This document shows, piece by piece, positions 58,758 through 64,000 of a DNA stretch of 64,000 nt (positions are counted from its first letter, which is position 1; each line of letters starts with the position of its first letter). The notes under the pieces are model-generated. The model ran no database searches. It had not been told where the DNA came from and worked only from the letters and a program-made list of their open reading frames with translations. Source of the DNA: Lama glama. Taxonomy: Eukaryota. The translations under genes were made by a program, and so were the position numbers. The stretch lies in NCBI GenBank assembly GCA_028534125.1, contig CM052816.1, forward strand, positions 101,556,001 through 101,620,000. The letters are read 5' to 3'.

Positions 58758-61700
58758 TTGCAAGCACATCACTACTATGGATTTCCGGCCTCCCTGGGGG
58801 AAGGGTGCTGGTGTGGATGCAGAAGCTGTGACCGTGATGTGTAGGGTCTGTTCTGGGTAAACTTTTCTATAGGTTTGGCTTCAGGTAGTCAAGTAGTCAA
58901 GTCTAAAGGGCCTTGTCCAGGAGAGTCATTCTGATACAGGCCTCACCCTGGTGCCTCTTTGGAGCATAGGCAGCCCGGGAGGGAGAGGTGGGCGGGGGGA
59001 CCACGTGGCATCTGAGACAGCCCCGCCCCTGGGTAGGACGGTCCCTGGGGCCTGATGGACACTTGTGGACCAGGCTCCCCAGGCCCGCAGGTCCTGCAGC
59101 TCCTGGAGCTCTGTGGTCTGTCACTCCCCCTCAAGGCCTGCCCTGGCCTCTCCAAGCCTCCTTTGAAAATGCGAGTCCAGTAAAACACCCACTGTGCGCA
59201 CTTCATCAGGCCTCTCCTCCTGAGCCCTGGGGTTGCTGTGCCTCAGCAGGACCTGGCCAGCGGCACTTTGCGCCGGCCCCCCCCCCACCTCACAGGTCTG
59301 TCCACCTGCTCTCCTGCTCATCCCTCCTGCCCGGAGAGCAGGTGCCCCTTCCCCCGTCTGCTGCTGGGCTGGCGCCTGCATCTCACAGGCCCGTCCCGGG
59401 ACTCTGGCCACCTCCTCACGCTGGGGTCCTCGCCCTCTGTGCCCCTCCTCCTCCCTCCCATATAGGCACGCACCCAGGAGTCCACGGTCCGTGCAGGGAA
59501 GCAGGTGGGTGAGGGCCAGGAGAGAGACTGGTTTTTTGTCTGGGAACCTGGGTGTTGAAAACTGGAACGTGAATTTAGTCTGTTGGGGCCTCCCCAGGCT
59601 GCCGACAACCCTCACAGTGAGGGAGCTGGGCATCCGGGCCACTGTACCTGCAGCCGCCAGAATGACACCTGGTGCAGGGCACACAGCTGGGGTGCAGGGC
59701 ACACAGCCCACACCTGGGAGGCCCTCTCTTTAACACTGCACCTGGCAGCCTCTTCTACAAGTGACTTTGTTTCTCCTGACAAAAGTGGGGCAGCGCAGGT
59801 GGGAAGGGGGGCAAGAGTAAGCCCGCCCCGAGTTTCCCCCAAGCCTGTGGGGGCAGGAACGTGGCGGGGGGGCTGCCTCCCTGGGGAGGAGTCAGACGGA
59901 GGGGCAGCAGGGAGGGAGGGCCCAGCAGGCCAACGTCAGTGAGGAAGGGTCTCTCTGAGCACCTGCGTATCCCAGAAACCTCTGGCTGAGTCCCCATTTC
60001 TTTCACAGTTAAGTTCATTCTGTCATCACAGAAACAGCACAGGGGTTCAGTGAAGCAGCTCAGACGTGGGAAGCAGGAGGGCAGAGAGCAGAGACACGGG
60101 TGTGGGGCCTCTTTCTCTGCTCGCCTGCCTCCTGCTCTTCCCTGGACGAGAGTGACCTTGGACGTAGGGTCTCACTCCTGCTGTTTTTGTTAAAATTCAG
60201 TGTGTTGCACTAAGGTAGCACCTGTTGACAGTGGAGGTGAGTGCCCAGGACAGGAGCTCAGTTGTGCTGAGAGCAGCACCCAGAGATTCCTAAGTGGAGA
60301 CCCACCCGCAGCCCAGGTCGGCGCCGAGGCCGCAGCTCTTGGGGTGCAGGTTATGAGCGGCCGAGCCCGGCTGGGGCTGGGGGGGCTCTGCTCCTCCACC
60401 TCGTGAACCTCGTGTGGTTCCGTGCCGCCACCCCACCTCCGGCCAAGACCCTGGCATCGCTGAGATCCTAGCCCACGGCCCCCTCCTCTAAGATGATCTC
60501 ACCCGCCTGAGTTTCTGCTCCGAGTGCTTCCGATCTGACCCATTTGTTTACTGGCTTATCACCTGTGCCCAAGCAGGAGGCCAGCTCCATGTTGGATGGG
60601 TAACTTGTAGTATCTTTGAGTCCTTCTGACTTTGTTTACGGTGGAGGCTGACGGCCAAGCATGTTAGAACTGTGCGTGGAGCACGGGTTGGCAGCTGGGG
60701 GCATCCTGAGTGGGGGCTGTGGGTGCGCAAGCACTTGTGGGGTCCCCCACGGCCCCCTCTCTTCCTTCTCAGGGGCCCTGGCGCCCAGGTGCTCAGGTGA
60801 CCTGTGGGTGCCCCGAGTGCAGGCTCGGCCTGGACCCCTGCGTCCTAACTGTCGGCACTTGTAGGATCTGCATAGTCGAGGACATCGTGGGCAGAGCTCC
60901 CTGCCACCCAGCTGACCTGCACCTGCCTCTCAGCCTCTGCTGCTCCTGCTCCACCGTCCTGACGGGAGTACCCCCGAATCTGAGGCTCATAAAGTGGTCC
61001 TCACCAGCCATGTGCCATGCTCACCAGCCACTAATGCTTCCAGTGATTTCCCAGCAGCATCTGCGACTTGGGCGTCGGGAGCCGATGCCCGAGGTGAACT
61101 CAGGGCCAGTCCCACAGCAGTTCTGGTTTCAGAGAAATGGAGCCGAGATAACACCTGAGCAGTTCCGGCGACACCCAAGGCGCTGGTGGCCTTGGTGACT
61201 GTCCCTGGAGAGCACTCTGCGACCTGGCGGGTGTGCCCCATGGGTGACGGCACCGCCCTGGGGACGAGAGGAGTCCTGGCGGCTCCGGGGTGACTTTTTC
61301 ACGGTCCTTCTCCTCACCTGCTCCACCCTCGAGGAGGGGAGTAGCAGGCACCCTGGCCCTGTGGACGGTCATCTCTCTGCTGGGGGACTTGTGGGTCCTA
61401 AGATTGGCAGGGCCCTCCCGACCCCCGTGGTGTGGGGCTGCGTGCTTCCTCTACCTTAACTTGGACCTGAGAGTTTCCAGTGAAGCTGTCCGTGGCCCCG
61501 ACCGTCCAGCCGGACCCTGAGCTTGTGCCGGTCTGCGTCTCTCCTCCCACTGACCCCACAGTGGTTCTCAGTGAGGCCACTGCTCCCTGGGAGTCAGGCT
61601 CTCAGGGTCCTGCCCCGTCCACCAGCCGCGACTCTGTGGGCACGGTGCTCAGCCTGGGCTCCCCAAATCTGCCAGGGTGGATGGTTTCTGTCTCCTCAGC

Positions 61701-62273
61701 CCCACGGGGACCCAGCTTTGGGGGCTCCCAACTTGAGGGCCCCATGTCAGCCTCACCCACGGCCTGAGGCCCCCACCCTGGGCCTGGGGCACAGCTGCGC
61801 TCAGCCTTCAGGGTCTGCACAGACCCCCCACCCACGCCCGGGGCCTCTCTCTCCCACCAGCACCCAGCTTGGCCGTCCGGGTGGGGGCGCCCTGGTCAGC
61901 AGGCTCCGCCCTCGAGCGGGGGACAGCGGTGTGACCTGTTCTGGGTCCCCTCCCTGAGGACAGTGTCACCCCATGGATGCTGGGAAGGGTGTCACCTGGG
62001 GAGTCCCCAGGGCAGGAGTGCCTGGGCAGCACCAGAGAGGGGCCCTGAGCCTCACGGCTGAGGCTCTGACTTCGGGGACGCTGGCGCTGGAGGGCCACGT
62101 GTGTCCAGAGCAGGTGGATGCTCACCAGCCCGCGGTCCTGCAGTTGCTCTGCCCCCGTGGGGCCCGAGGGCTCTGCTGTGACACGTGCTGGTGGCCTCCT
62201 GTCCACGAGTGGCAGCAGAGGGCCTTGGGCAGCTGCTGCAGAGGGTGACCTCTTGTCCCTTCCTCCCAGCAGG

Positions 62274-62590
62274 ATGGCTGACGGCAAGCCCAGGCCCGCC
62301 AAGCCCGCCAACAAGACGCCCCCCAAGTCCCCAGGGGACCCTGCCAAGGACAAGGCGGCTAAGAGGCTGTCGCTGGAGTCAGAGGGTGCTGGTGAGGGGG
62401 CGGCCGCTGCGGGCCCGGAGCTCACCGCCCTGGAGGAGGCCTTCCGGAGGTTCGCGGTGCATGGGGACACCAGGGCCAGCGGGAGGGAGATGCACGGCAA
62501 GAACTGGACCAAACTGTGCAGGGACTGCCAGGTGATCGACGGCAGGAGTGTCACCGTCACCGACGTGGACATCGTCTTCAGCAAGATCAA
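62274..62590 (+). CDS. TPPP: TPPP (tubulin polymerization-promoting protein, p25alpha) first coding exon
   Basis: Acceptor CTTCCTCCCAG|CAGGATG (NAGNAG) and donor AA|GTAAGC. Encodes [105 protein letters not shown](K). The remaining exons lie beyond the window. Confidence 0.97.
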
Positions 62591-64000
62591 GTAAGCGTGT
62601 GCCAGCTGCGCGGGGCCCCAGGGCTCCGCAGCCCCTCGGAAGAAAGTGCCAGGAGGGAGTCTGAACCAGGCAACGCCGGAGCGGGGCGGGGGCCCATCGG
62701 GTGCTGGGGGGCAGCTCTGAGAGGCGGGGTGCCTGGGGCGCAGCCGGGAGCCCGACCCACTGTGCGCTCGCTCAGCCTTGGGGGAAGAGCGAGGGTGACA
62801 ACCTGGGCTCCACCGGCTCCCTGGAGACTCAGTGGCATGCGTGGGTGCTTGTCCGCGCTCAGCCTCTCCTGGGAGCACGCAAGGCGTTCTTATGTCCCCT
62901 CCCCTTCTCTTGCCGTCCACACCCGTGACCACACCCGAGAAAGACCACTTGACACCAGGTCCTTGTTGCTGGAAACATGATACGTCCAGACACGTGCACA
63001 CACGTAGATCTCACGTCTCCACATCCTTGGTCACGGCTCGTCCAGATGATGGACGTTCTGGTCAGGCCCTGGAGACCCCGTGTGCAGGAGTCACGGGCAG
63101 TGGAGGGACCCGGGGGGTGCTGGCACCCCATGACTGGGCATGGGGAGGGGGACCCTGTGTGGCCCAGGTCCTGCTCCAGAAAGCAGGACATTTAAGGGTG
63201 GAGGCTTGGCTCTAGACTCTGAGGCACAAGGGGCTCCAAGCTGCAGAGCCCTGAACAGCTCTGGACCCCCGGCATCTGCCTCAGCTCACCGCATGGACAC
63301 CATCTGGGGAAGCGGGCATCTGCAGCCCCAGCCCAGCGAGGGGTCGTGGCAACTTCCCCGCTGCCCTCCTGCAGCCTGGACTGCCTGTGGGGACCCTGTG
63401 ACCTGTGTCCCGCCTGGGAGAGCCCTGTCTGCAGGGAGGGTACCCAGCCCTTCCAGGTGTGCGGGAGTGAGGGACCTGCATGCACGCCCTTGTCCTCAGG
63501 AGTGGGACCCGGGGGGCTGGGCCCTGGCTGGGGTCCCCTGGGGGGCCAGGTCTGAGGCCGGTGGTGGGTGGTGGGGCCTGGGACCCTGGCTGCTCCACGT
63601 GGCAGCCCCGGCAGAAGCGCGGCACTGTGGAGCGCGGACTAGGGCAGCTGTTTTGTTTGGGGCGGTTGCCGTGGCTCCGCGGCCCTGCCGCCCGCCCGCC
63701 CGGTGTCTGCAGCCTTTGTTTGGCCGTCGTCAGGGCAGCGCTTGCTTGTTTTGATGTTACCATGTGTGAAGTTCTAAACAAATTCTAGCCGCTCTGCCCG
63801 AGGCCTTGTTGAAGACTATTGTTTCCAGGACAGGCGCTCCCCGTCCGCCCCGCCTCCCGGCCCGAAACACTAATTACTCAGACTCTGTTCCCACCAGCAG
63901 GAGTGCCACTCTGACGGGGGCAAAGGCTGCCTTTCCTGGCCATGCACCTGCCGGCTCTCTGGGAGCTGAGTGAACGGCAGCCACGTCCGGGTTGCAGGTT

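Noticed and set aside
58246-58860. ORFs of 204 aa and 161 aa with HTWP/TPGP repeats; superficially CRISPR-like periodicity
   Set aside because: These are translations of the 20/22-bp minisatellite. The units are contiguous with no unique spacers, there are no cas genes, and the context is a mammalian intron.
61808-63001. 397-aa minus-strand ORF overlapping the TPPP coding exon
   Set aside because: Antisense shadow of a GC-rich exon and its flanks. Low-complexity P/G/S/A/R composition, no recognisable domain, no initiation or splice support.

Overview
Mammalian, GC-rich genomic DNA syntenic with human chr5p15.33. Three genes lie in tandem on the + strand. (1) BRD9: the last two coding exons. 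(2) ZDHHC11, a DHHC palmitoyltransferase: a complete single-copy gene with about 12 coding exons (9765-41928) and a polyA signal at 42586. (3) TPPP/p25: CpG-island promoter, non-coding first exon and first coding exon. Three tRNA-derived SINEs of the camelid type point to a camel, alpaca or llama genome (inference). The rest is old L1 fragments, MaLR (MLT1-type) LTRs, simple repeats, a local ~100-bp duplication and an 18-unit minisatellite. Gene identities rest on recalled human/mouse orthologue sequences plus splice-site and phase consistency; no database search was run. The most notable signals are a U12-type first intron in ZDHHC11, an exon-duplicated and possibly dual-frame ZDHHC11 C-terminus, a weak BRD9 3' end facing an acceptor-like ZDHHC11 ATG, and a CACCTG/CAGAC-rich VNTR in TPPP intron 1. 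Most ORFs in the six-frame track are artefacts of GC content or repeats. There is no CRISPR array, rRNA or true tRNA.
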